Shown: positions 1 to 7,865 of the stretch, in pieces | How the letters are laid out: every line of letters starts with the position of its first letter | How positions within the stretch are numbered: the first letter of the stretch is position 1 | Origin: an uncultured Methanosarcinales archaeon | Lineage (GTDB): Archaea; Nanobdellota; Nanobdellia; Woesearchaeales; UBA583 | NCBI GenBank assembly: GCA_964562045.1 | Contig: CAZLRR010000003.1 | Location: forward strand, 1 to 48,831 | Length of the DNA stretch: 48,831 nucleotides | Direction of reading: 5' to 3' | Made by a program: the position numbers and the translations under genes | The notes under the pieces: model-generated | Told to the model about the DNA's origin: nothing | Seen by the model: the letters and a program-made list of their open reading frames with translations, nothing else | The model's database searches: none

Positions 1-567
1 TGGTTATTATATTGAAGAAGAGGGTGTTCTAAATTTAGCTTATTGCTTTTGAAATTAGTTAAAAAGAATAATTATTGAGTTTCATTAAGTTCTAAATTTA
101 GCTTATTGCTTTTGAAATGTAGGTAAGTATGCAATAATTTCATAGGGTGAAGTTCTAAATTTAGCTTATTGCTTTTGAAATAAATATGGTATTAGGAGAA
201 AACAACAACAATAATGCGTTCTAAATTTAGCTTATTGCTTTTGAAATAAGATTCAAGCAATTAAACTTGGAGTTAGCATAAAGTTCTAAATTTAGCTTAT
301 TGCTTTTGAAATCTAATATTCAGACTCCTGAGGATGTTGAGAGAAGTTCTAAATTTAGCTTATTGCTTTTGAAATTAGTAGATTAGGGCGATACTTTATC
401 TTGGTAGTTCTAAATTTAGCTTATTGCTTTTGAAATGAAGTTGCGGGAAATACTGCAATAATTAAGCCGAAAAGTTCTAAATTTAGCTTATTGCTTTTGA
501 AATTTCGCAATCACTTTTATAGTTCCTGGATTCAATCGTTCTAAATTTAGCTTATTGCTTTTTATGT
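1..567 (+). CRISPR. CRISPR array: 9 copies of the 30-bp repeat GTTCTAAATTTAGCTTATTGCTTTTGAAAT, with 8 complete spacers (31-37 bp) plus a partial spacer at the window edge
   Basis: Identical repeats at 26-55, 89-118, 152-181, 218-247, 283-312, 346-375, 407-436 and 474-503. The repeat at 538-567 has 3 mismatches in its last 5 nt (degenerate terminal repeat). All spacers are unique. Orientation is inferred from the ...TTGAAAT 3' end and from the degenerate repeat lying at the right end. The array runs off the left edge. Confidence 0.95.
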
Positions 568-708
568 CCACTTTAAAAACTCAAGGTTCTCTTTCCATAA
601 TCTTAACTACTAAATAATAAATTAATTTTATATGATGAAATACTAAATTTTTATTATGATAAATTATAATAGTATTAAATTGGATAATTCTTTTAAGGTG
701 ATTTTAAA

Positions 709-2418
709 ATGAAACTAACAATAAATGGAACAGAGTTTGAATTTGAGCAAGGAAAAACTATTCTTGAAGTAGCTAGAGAAAATGGTTTCAAAATCCCTAC
801 ACTTTGTCATATCAAAAATTTACTAACTCCGGGAGCTTGTAGAATGTGCGTTGTTGAAGTTGAAGGTGCAAGAACTTTAATTCCTTCTTGTTCAACTCCT
901 GCTGCTGATGGAATGAAAATTAATACAAACACTAAAAGAGTTTTAGATTCTAGAAAAACAAATTATCAATTTTTAATGGCATCTCACCCAGATTGTTTAT
1001 CTTGTGGGAAAAATAATAAATGTGAGCTGCAAAAAATTGGAAGTAATTTAGGAATTACAGAAAGAATTTTTGAGAAAAATATTGAAAGAAAAGTTGATGA
1101 CTCTGCGCCCGCATATATTCGTAATAATGACAAATGTGTTTTATGTCAAAGATGCGTGAATATTTGTGATAAAATTGTTGGAGTTTCAACTCTTGGTTTA
1201 ATTGGGAGAGGACATGAAACAAAAATTGGAAATGCATTTGACAAATCAATTATGGACTCGATTTGTATTGAATGTGGACAGTGTGTTCTTCATTGCCCAA
1301 CAGGTGCTCTTTTAGAGAAAAGAAACATAGATGATGTTGTAAAAGAAATCTCAAATCCGGAAAAATTTGTTGTAGTTCAAACAGCCCCAGCAGTTCGTGC
1401 AGCACTTGGTGAAGAGTTTGGAATGAGCGCAGGAAGTTTAGTTACTGGAAAAATGGTTGAAGCTCTAAAAAGATTAGGTTTTGATAGAGTACTCGATACA
1501 ACTTTTGGAGCTGATTTAACTATTATGGAAGAAGGGTTTGAACTTCTTGAACGAATTGAAAATGGAGGAACTTTGCCACAATTTACTTCATGCTGTCCGG
1601 CATGGGTTAAATTTGTAGAAGGATTTTACCCTGAGATGATTCCTCACCTTTCAACTTCAAAAAGTCCACATCAAATGCTCGGAGCGATGATAAAAGCGCA
1701 TTATGCTCAAAAATATGGAGTAGAAGCAAAAAATATCGTGAATGTTTCAATTATGCCTTGTACTGCAAAAAAATTCGAATCACAACGAAATGAAATGAAT
1801 GCAACAGATGGACTTTTAGATATAGATTATGTTTTAACTACTAGAGAACTTGGCCAAATGATTAAAGAAGTAGGACTTGATTTTGTAAATTTGCCAGAGA
1901 GTAATTTTGACCCACTCGGAGAAGGAACTGGTGCAGGAGATATTTTTGGAGCAACTGGAGGAGTTATGGAGGCAGCTCTTCGTACAGCATACGAAGTTAA
2001 AACTGGTAAGAAACTTGACAAACTAGAATTTGACCAAATCAGAGGAAACAAAAAAGTTAAAGAAGGAAAAATCTGGTTTGGAGAAAAGGAAGTTCGGTTT
2101 TTAGTTATTGCAACTCCAAAAGAAGCAATTCCCTACATTGAACAAATTAAGAAGGGTGAATCACCATATCAATTTATTGAGGTTATGACTTGTCCAGGTG
2201 GTTGTATTGGTGGTGGTGGACAGCCAATCCCAACTAATGAAGAAATTGTTGAAAAACGAATGCAAGGACTCTATAACTCGGATGCTTCAAAGGTTTTACG
2301 TAGAAGTTATGAAAATCCAGTTATTAAAGCTTTATACGATGAGTTTCTTGGAACTCCATTATCGGAAAAAGCTGAGAAGTATTTACATACAAGTTATGTG
2401 AAGAGGAAGGAGTATTAA
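709..2418 (+). CDS. hydA: [FeFe]-hydrogenase catalytic subunit, M3 (CpI-like) architecture
   Basis: 569-aa ORF with SD-like AAGGTGA about 7 nt upstream. It has an N-terminal 2Fe-2S ferredoxin-like Cys pattern, HPDCLSCGKNNKCELQ (His-ligated 4Fe-4S) and two CxxCxxCxxxCP motifs. All three H-cluster signatures are present: FTSCCPAW, MPCTAKKFE and EVMTCPGGCIGGGGQP. Confidence 0.9.
   Translation: MKLTINGTEFEFEQGKTILEVARENGFKIPTLCHIKNLLTPGACRMCVVEVEGARTLIPSCSTPAADGMKINTNTKRVLDSRKTNYQFLMASHPDCLSCGKNNKCELQKIGSNLGITERIFEKNIERKVDDSAPAYIRNNDKCVLCQRCVNICDKIVGVSTLGLIGRGHETKIGNAFDKSIMDSICIECGQCVLHCPTGALLEKRNIDDVVKEISNPEKFVVVQTAPAVRAALGEEFGMSAGSLVTGKMVEALKRLGFDRVLDTTFGADLTIMEEGFELLERIENGGTLPQFTSCCPAWVKFVEGFYPEMIPHLSTSKSPHQMLGAMIKAHYAQKYGVEAKNIVNVSIMPCTAKKFESQRNEMNATDGLLDIDYVLTTRELGQMIKEVGLDFVNLPESNFDPLGEGTGAGDIFGATGGVMEAALRTAYEVKTGKKLDKLEFDQIRGNKKVKEGKIWFGEKEVRFLVIATPKEAIPYIEQIKKGESPYQFIEVMTCPGGCIGGGGQPIPTNEEIVEKRMQGLYNSDASKVLRRSYENPVIKALYDEFLGTPLSEKAEKYLHTSYVKRKEY
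2272..2418 (+). repeat. Left copy of a 147-bp direct repeat (the in-frame, functional 3' end of hydA)
   Basis: Aligns without gaps to 3939-4085, 128/147 identical by hand count. Positions 2281-2346 differ at only 1 site. Confidence 0.9.
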
Positions 2419-2421
2419 AAA

Positions 2422-2481
2422 AACTTTTGTCGGACAATAATGTATTTATATATACATTATTGACATACAAAAGTTTATAAA
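2422..2481 (+). promoter_or_regulatory. 24-nt imperfect inverted repeat overlapping the TATA block of abiEi (candidate AbiEi operator and/or hydA terminator)
   Basis: AACTTTTGTCGGACAATAATGTAT (2422-2445) pairs with ATACATTATTGACATACAAAAGTT (2452-2475), 9+11 paired positions around a 4-nt internal mismatch. AAGTTTATAAA (2471-2481) ends 21 nt before ATG 2503. Confidence 0.55.
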
Positions 2482-2502
2482 TAAAAGAAAACATTAATCT
2501 TT

Positions 2503-3213
2503 ATGGAGTTTTTAAAATTCATAAAAGAGTTAAAAAAATATAATTTAACAATATTTACAACAAATGATATTGTAAAAATAACAAATCAAAATAAAAATAC
2601 AGTAAATCATTTCATAAAAAATCAAGTTGAAAAACAAAACATATTTCAATTAAAAAAAGGATTTTTCTCTGTAAAACAAATAGAGAACAAATATTTATAT
2701 TCAAAAATCTTCAAAAACACATATATCTCACTTAATTCTGCATTAGAATTTTATTCTATAACAACCCAGAGATATAATAATTTAGAACTAATTTCTGAAA
2801 AAGAATTAAAATCAACCAATATTAATGATACACAAATTAACATAATTAAATCTAAACATTATTTTGGATTTGAAAAACACGAAATCGAAGATAATCAAAC
2901 AATATTTGTTGCAAATAAAGAAAAATTATTAATAGATTGTCTTTTAAACCTAAAAATGGTATATTTATCAGAGATTATGAATTTCATAAAACAAACAAAA
3001 TTTAATATTGAAAGGCTCCAAAACTACCTTAAACAAATCAATTCGGCATCATTAAACAAAAGAATAGGATATTTATTAGAATTAAATAAAATTAGTATTA
3101 ATTTAGAAATAAATAATAAATATGAACTATTGAATACAAATTTAAAAAATAATGAATTAAGAAAAAATAAAAAATGGAAGTTAATAATAAATGAGGATTT
3201 AGAAAATGAATAG
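2503..3213 (+). CDS. abiEi: AbiEi-like antitoxin / transcriptional regulator (COG5340-type)
   Basis: 236 aa. N-terminal wHTH-like segment and a TYISLNSALEFYSITTQ region typical of AbiEi. The stop overlaps the start of the next gene by 8 nt. Confidence 0.65.
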   Translation: MEFLKFIKELKKYNLTIFTTNDIVKITNQNKNTVNHFIKNQVEKQNIFQLKKGFFSVKQIENKYLYSKIFKNTYISLNSALEFYSITTQRYNNLELISEKELKSTNINDTQINIIKSKHYFGFEKHEIEDNQTIFVANKEKLLIDCLLNLKMVYLSEIMNFIKQTKFNIERLQNYLKQINSASLNKRIGYLLELNKISINLEINNKYELLNTNLKNNELRKNKKWKLIINEDLENE

Positions 3214-3943
3214 AGAGGAACTAAGCGAATATAAAGCAAAAATGGGATATAATCTTGGTCAATTAGAATTAGATTATTATCATCATAAAATACTTGAAAT
3301 ATTATATAAAAAATATAACACATTATATTTTAAAGGTGGAACTTGTATGCAAAAATGTTATGGTTTGAAAAGATTTTCAGAAGATTTAGATTTTAATTAT
3401 ATTGATATAGATATTGAAAAATTAATAGAATATATAATCAAAGAATTAGATGTTGAGACTACACTTATAAATAGATATGAAACAAAATTTGGGATTAGTT
3501 TTGTATTAAAAATTAAAGGAATATTGTACACAGGTGCAGAAAATAGTTATTGCAGAGTAAGTTTAGATTTTAGAAAAGATGATACATATTTAGATACAAA
3601 AAAACTAATTATTCGTCCAATTTATAATGATTTAGACAATTATTTTTTACTTGCATTAAATGAAGAAGAAATTTTTGCTGAAAAAGTCAGAGCAACCATT
3701 ACTAGATATAAAGCAAGAGATATATTTGATTTAGTTGAATTATTATATAAGAATGTTAAAATAAATTATGAATTGATAAATCTGAAATTAAAAACTTATG
3801 ATTTAAAATATTCTAAAGATTTGTTATTGGAGAAGGTAAAAGAAAAAAAGGAAATATATCAGAAAGAAATTGGTAAATTAACTGATGTTTATTCTTCATT
3901 TGAAGAGTCTTTCGAATTAATTAATGAGAAGTTTGAATTATAA
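3206..3943 (+). CDS. abiEii: AbiEii / DUF1814 nucleotidyltransferase toxin
   Basis: 245 aa with the hallmarks FKGGTCMQKCYG and RFSEDLDF. It is translationally coupled to abiEi. Confidence 0.8.
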   Translation: MNREELSEYKAKMGYNLGQLELDYYHHKILEILYKKYNTLYFKGGTCMQKCYGLKRFSEDLDFNYIDIDIEKLIEYIIKELDVETTLINRYETKFGISFVLKIKGILYTGAENSYCRVSLDFRKDDTYLDTKKLIIRPIYNDLDNYFLLALNEEEIFAEKVRATITRYKARDIFDLVELLYKNVKINYELINLKLKTYDLKYSKDLLLEKVKEKKEIYQKEIGKLTDVYSSFEESFELINEKFEL

Positions 3944-4085
3944 TTCTGATGCTTCAAAGGTTTTACGTAGAAGTTATGAAAATCCTGTTATTAAAGCTTT
4001 ATACGATGAGTTCTTGGGCGAGCCTTTGTCTGAGAAAGCTGAGAAGTATTTGCATACAATTTATGTTAAAAGGAAGGAGTATTAG
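3939..4085 (+). pseudogene. Displaced promoterless copy of the last 48 codons of hydA (right direct repeat)
   Basis: Translates as YNSDASKVLRRSYENPVIKALYDEFLGEPLSEKAEKYLHTIYVKRKEY*, versus ...GTPLSEKAEKYLHTSYVKRKEY* in hydA. There are 19 nt differences, only 2 of them non-synonymous. It has no upstream hydA body. Confidence 0.85.
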
Positions 4086-4597
4086 GATTTTTTAAAAGAA
4101 TAATTTAAATTTAACAATAAAAATAATATTAATCCAAATAATATATAAATTAAACAAAAAGTTAAATAAGTTGTTCCAAAATTTTCTTTAGTAATTTCAT
4201 TGTATCTACAAGTAAACTTACTTAAAATTAATATTGGTTCAACAATTAATATTAAAGTTAATAAAAGAATTCCAGTACTAACCTTATTTTTAAAAAAATC
4301 ATTACTTAAATTGTCTTTATGCTTCTGTAAGTCTAAAGCAACAGAAACTCCTTCTTTTGTTATTGTATATACATTCTGAATATTTTTCCCAGCAAACATT
4401 TTTTCATATTTAAAATATCCTAAATCTTTAAAATATGAAATAAATTGATGAAAATCTAGATCATCATAAATCTGATTTCCAATTCTATGTTTTTCTTTAT
4501 TAGTTTTATGTGAAAAAATAATTTGAGGTTTATTTTCAAATAAATATAATAATATCTCTTTCCAATTTAATACCATTGGATATTTCTTTTTTGTCAT
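4082..4597 (-). CDS. Hypothetical protein: soluble N-terminal domain (possible wHTH) plus C-terminal TM helices
   Basis: 171-aa ORF with an ATG start and hydrophobic C-terminal segments (GILLLTLILIVEPILIL, LTFCLIYILFGLILFLLL). The stop overlaps the hydA remnant. Confidence 0.55.
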   Translation of the reverse strand: MTKKKYPMVLNWKEILLYLFENKPQIIFSHKTNKEKHRIGNQIYDDLDFHQFISYFKDLGYFKYEKMFAGKNIQNVYTITKEGVSVALDLQKHKDNLSNDFFKNKVSTGILLLTLILIVEPILILSKFTCRYNEITKENFGTTYLTFCLIYILFGLILFLLLNLNYSFKKS

Positions 4598-4598
4598 T

Positions 4599-4793
4599 TT
4601 AAAATTTTAACCTCCCTAAAATACCTACAAACCCAAGTATTAAAAATAATACTGCAAAGAAGATTGCAAAACCTATTGCAAAGTTACCAAAACCTTGACT
4701 TATATTCAGGAATTTTAATGCAATTCCTGCCACAAATAGGACTCCAATTAGTCCACTACCACCCATTCCTAAAATTTTTACAGCTTGTGCCAT
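4599..4793 (-). CDS. Small two-TM membrane protein
   Basis: 64 aa, Gly/hydrophobic-rich. It lies 1 nt upstream of the next gene on the same strand (operon-like). Confidence 0.5.
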   Translation of the reverse strand: MAQAVKILGMGGSGLIGVLFVAGIALKFLNISQGFGNFAIGFAIFFAVLFLILGFVGILGRLKF

Positions 4794-4966
4794 ATAATAA
4801 AAAATAATTATAAGTATATAAAATTTTGCTTTTTATCGGAAATTTAGAGAAACCCTCCGTTCAAACCACCCATATCTCTAAAAAACATAAAACTTCTATT
4901 ATAAAGTAGCTTTGTCTCGAAATAATTAAGACAAATTTATAAATACTGAACTCTTAGTATTTATTT

Positions 4967-6001
4967 ATGACACAATCAAGAGAAATCTTGAGTAATATCG
5001 TAAAAGTTCTATCGGGACAAGAAAAAAATATTCTTGAAATAGCAAAAGAAACAAATATTGGTTGGGAAACTGCAAAATTAAACTTAGAAAAATTAGAAGA
5101 TTTAGGATTAGTAATTAAAACTGAAAAAGGAAAATATTTTGCCATTTCAAAAAAAAATCATAAAACATATTTCAAATTACCTATTAAAGAAGATATAATT
5201 AAAAAAGTTGAATCCTATTATGGACAAATAGTTAAATTGTGGGAAAAACTATACAATCAAAAACCTTCAAAACTTCAAATAACAAAAGTTTTAGCAGAAT
5301 TAAACAAAAATAAAAATTTAGAACTTCCTTTTGGTTGGTATCTCTATGGGCAATGCTGTGCAGTCATTTATAATGAAAAATTAGACTATGTCCCAAATTC
5401 AGATTACGAAAAAGAATTACTCCAAATCATACCAAAATATCTAAATAATCCAATCAAAAAACATTATGAAACATTCCCTAAAGATTCATATAATTTAAAA
5501 CAAGAAATCTTCGCACAACTCTGGAATCTTCAAGATTTGAGAAATACTAAACTTTTTGAAAAAGTTAAAGAATTTATGAAAGCCATTCTTTTAGATAAAG
5601 AAAAAATTTCGGATGATGCCCTAGATTACACAACAGAATTACTTTCTATTCTATATGAGTTAAAAGCAAATAACATTGAAATAACAGAAGAAATAAAGGA
5701 CCAAATAGATACATCTTTTAAAGAAATATGGAAACTTATAGGTTATGATTACTTTAAAGAAAGTTTTGCAGAGACAATAGATAAAAACATCTTGGATGCT
5801 TGTTTCAATAATGATAAAGAAAAACAAAAAGAAGAAATTATTATGCAATTATCTATGTTACAATCATATATAGAAAACTTAGAAATAAAAGATTCTCCAT
5901 TTGAAAAATTAAAAGAAAAAATAAACAATCCAGAAATAGATAAAAAAAATACAAATTTAAAATCTGAAAACGAAAAGCTATTCAATGATTTTGGCTTATA
6001 A
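4967..6001 (+). CDS. Hypothetical protein with an N-terminal wHTH
   Basis: 344 aa. ILEIAKETNIGWETAKLNLEKLEDLGLVIK resembles a winged helix. A TATA block (4933-4943) lies 23 nt upstream of the ATG. Confidence 0.65.
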   Translation: MTQSREILSNIVKVLSGQEKNILEIAKETNIGWETAKLNLEKLEDLGLVIKTEKGKYFAISKKNHKTYFKLPIKEDIIKKVESYYGQIVKLWEKLYNQKPSKLQITKVLAELNKNKNLELPFGWYLYGQCCAVIYNEKLDYVPNSDYEKELLQIIPKYLNNPIKKHYETFPKDSYNLKQEIFAQLWNLQDLRNTKLFEKVKEFMKAILLDKEKISDDALDYTTELLSILYELKANNIEITEEIKDQIDTSFKEIWKLIGYDYFKESFAETIDKNILDACFNNDKEKQKEEIIMQLSMLQSYIENLEIKDSPFEKLKEKINNPEIDKKNTNLKSENEKLFNDFGL

Positions 6002-6395
6002 TTTCTTCAGGCAAAGAAATTGGAATCTGAGTTTCAATTTTCAAAAAATGTTTTAAATTTCTTGTAACAATACTTTCTGCACCGGACTTTTCCGCTAAAA
6101 CAACATGCAATGCATCATCAGCATCACCTTTGGAAAGATTTTTTGCTTTTATCAGATCTTCTTCATCGTGAATAACTTTAATAATTTTGGGTTTTAATAA
6201 AGAAAAAATTCCCCTGTTTGGAGTTATATGATTAGATAACTCTTTCAAAGTCCAAGAAGATATAATAATATGATGTTTACAGGAAATTGCTTGTAAAAAT
6301 AAAGAATTTGCAGAATTAGACAAATCCCTATTACTCAGATTTTTTCTATCCAAAATTGCATCCAAAAATATGTTTGTATCCAAATAAAGCTTCAT
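5982..6395 (-). CDS. PIN-domain nuclease (VapC-like), with no adjacent antitoxin gene
   Basis: Motifs MKLYLDTNIFLDA, TLKEL and DADDALHVVLAEKSGAESIVTRN. I moved the start from TTG 6473 to ATG 6395, which lies 22 nt downstream of a TATA block. The last acidic position appears to be Asn. Confidence 0.7.
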   Translation of the reverse strand: MKLYLDTNIFLDAILDRKNLSNRDLSNSANSLFLQAISCKHHIIISSWTLKELSNHITPNRGIFSLLKPKIIKVIHDEEDLIKAKNLSKGDADDALHVVLAEKSGAESIVTRNLKHFLKIETQIPISLPEEIISQNH

Positions 6396-6417
6396 AATTA
6401 TTTTTTGAGAAATTTGG

Positions 6418-6448
6418 TTTAAAAAACTATCTGATGAAGTGAGTAGAA
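6418..6448 (-). promoter_or_regulatory. Upstream element TTCTACTCACTTCAT + 5 nt + AGTTTTTTAAA (promoter of the PIN gene)
   Basis: On the minus strand the 15-mer is at 6434-6448 and the BRE/TATA block at 6418-6428, followed by a 22-nt spacer to ATG 6395. This is one of four copies. Confidence 0.7.
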
Positions 6449-6545
6449 TTTTATAGTCCATTATTAAGTTCAATATCCTTCAAACTTTTCTTACAAAAGT
6501 TTCATAAAACAAAATTTTATAAAACTAAATTTCTTTTCCATTATT

Positions 6546-7436
6546 ATGACATTCGTAAAATACCCAAAAATAAAAAGGCTTGATGATAAAGAAAATCAAA
6601 ATCTATTAAATGAAAAAGATCTAATAATCACAGAAAAACTAGATGGCTCTAACCTTTGCATTTGGAAAGAAAACCAAAAAATAAAAATTGCTAAAAGAAC
6701 CTCAGAAATTGAATTTACAGATAAACAATTTATGCCTTTTTGTAGCTGGGTAAAAAAACAAAAATGGGAATTTTTAGAAGACAATATTTACATATATGGA
6801 GAATGTTTAATAGGAAAAGAAACACAAACAGGAAAAATCACTCCGATAGGCAGAATAACATACAAAAATCTAGAATATTTTGTAATCTTTGACATATACA
6901 ATGGAAATTCAAAAAGATGGTTAAAACCTAAATCAAAAGAATGGAATGAAATATTTAAAAAATTTAAAGAAACAAATAATTCGCAGCTAAATCAAGTACC
7001 AATACTTGAAGAAAATATTTCAATAAATAATGAAGAAGAATTGAACAAACACTTAAAAAAATCAAACTGGTGCAAAGATTCAAACATTGAAGGAATAGTA
7101 ATAAAAAAATATTTTGAAAATGGAAAAATCCAATTTGCAAAATTAGTCACAAAAGAATTCAAAGAAGTAATAAAAAGAAAACCTAACCCAAAAGGAAACA
7201 AAATAGAAGAAATTGCAAAATCTGTAATTACAAAAGCAAGAATAGAAAAAATATGTAAAAAAGAAAACATAAATTGTGAGAAAGATTTTGGAAAACTAAT
7301 CAAAGAAACAATAAAAGATGTTTTTGACGAAGAAGAATCCTATCTACAAGAATTATCTTGGAAACTTTTCAAAAAAGAATTTGGTTCAATCCTGCCCAAA
7401 ATCATTAAAGAAACATACAAAGAATCTAAAGTTTAA
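6546..7436 (+). CDS. ATP-dependent RNA ligase, Rnl2/PF09414-like
   Basis: Nucleotidyltransferase motifs occur in order: TEKLDGSN (I), FVIFDIY (III), EGIVIKK (IV), FAKLVTKEFK (V). Confidence 0.75.
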   Translation: MTFVKYPKIKRLDDKENQNLLNEKDLIITEKLDGSNLCIWKENQKIKIAKRTSEIEFTDKQFMPFCSWVKKQKWEFLEDNIYIYGECLIGKETQTGKITPIGRITYKNLEYFVIFDIYNGNSKRWLKPKSKEWNEIFKKFKETNNSQLNQVPILEENISINNEEELNKHLKKSNWCKDSNIEGIVIKKYFENGKIQFAKLVTKEFKEVIKRKPNPKGNKIEEIAKSVITKARIEKICKKENINCEKDFGKLIKETIKDVFDEEESYLQELSWKLFKKEFGSILPKIIKETYKESKV

Positions 7437-7547
7437 TTATTAAATAATTAATCAAATTACTAAAGTCAACACACCCCATAACGCTCCAACCTTTCTCAAA
7501 CCAGAATAACAACAAAACTTTATAAAGACATATGAATTTAAAATCAT

Positions 7548-7865
7548 ATGAACTGTCATTCATACAATACATTCTTTGAAGTAATTGCAAATAAAACACG
7601 TTTAAAGATACTAGAAACTCTATCTAAAAAACCACTTTCAGTATCTCAAATTTGCGAAAAACTCGAAGAAGAACAATCAAAAATTTCCCACAATCTAAAA
7701 AAACTTTATGACTGTAATTTTCTCGAAGTTGAAACCAAAGGAAAACAAAGAATTTACACACTTAACAAAGATACAATTTCCCCTCTAATGGAACTTGTAA
7801 AAAAACACATTCAATATCATTGTCCAAAAAATTGTCAATGTGGAGGTCAAAAATGCAAAAAATAA
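7548..7865 (+). CDS. ArsR/SmtB-family transcriptional regulator with a Cys-rich C-terminal tail
   Basis: Motifs TRLKILETL and SVSQICEKLEEEQSKISHNLKKL. The tail is HCPKNCQCGGQKCKK. Confidence 0.8.
   Translation: MNCHSYNTFFEVIANKTRLKILETLSKKPLSVSQICEKLEEEQSKISHNLKKLYDCNFLEVETKGKQRIYTLNKDTISPLMELVKKHIQYHCPKNCQCGGQKCKK

Larger units (their letters stand above)
2419..3938 (+). mobile_element. Inserted AbiE (abiEi-abiEii) cassette bounded by the duplicated hydA 3' end; no integrase or transposase seen
   Basis: A two-gene cassette lies exactly between the two copies of the hydA terminus. It is visibly more AT-rich than hydA. Confidence 0.5.

Noticed and set aside
1055-2401. ORFs 1055-1249(-), 1827-2051(-) and 2198-2401(+) nested in hydA
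   Set aside because: They are antisense or alternate-frame ORFs inside a gene with complete hydrogenase motifs. Their composition is low-complexity, as expected for AT-rich antisense frames.
6396-6473. 26-codon N-terminal extension (TTG start) of the PIN ORF
   Set aside because: The region contains the 15-mer element and the TATA block. ATG 6395 gives the canonical PIN N-terminus.
6481-6512. Possible degenerate 15-mer (TTCTTACAAAAGTTTCAT) in the RNA ligase promoter
   Set aside because: Only the TTCT and TTCAT ends match, the length differs, and the spacing to the TATA is 2 nt longer.
2419-7436. Search for an integrase, transposase or terminal inverted repeats that would explain the hydA-end duplication
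   Set aside because: No ORF shows tyrosine/serine recombinase or DDE motifs. The mechanism remains inferred (homologous or illegitimate recombination, or an element whose recombinase lies elsewhere).
7820-7852. TTG-initiated extension of the cysteine desulfurase ORF
   Set aside because: It overlaps the arsR C-terminus. ATG 7853 has a GGAGGT SD and matches the normal IYFDNGATT N-terminus.
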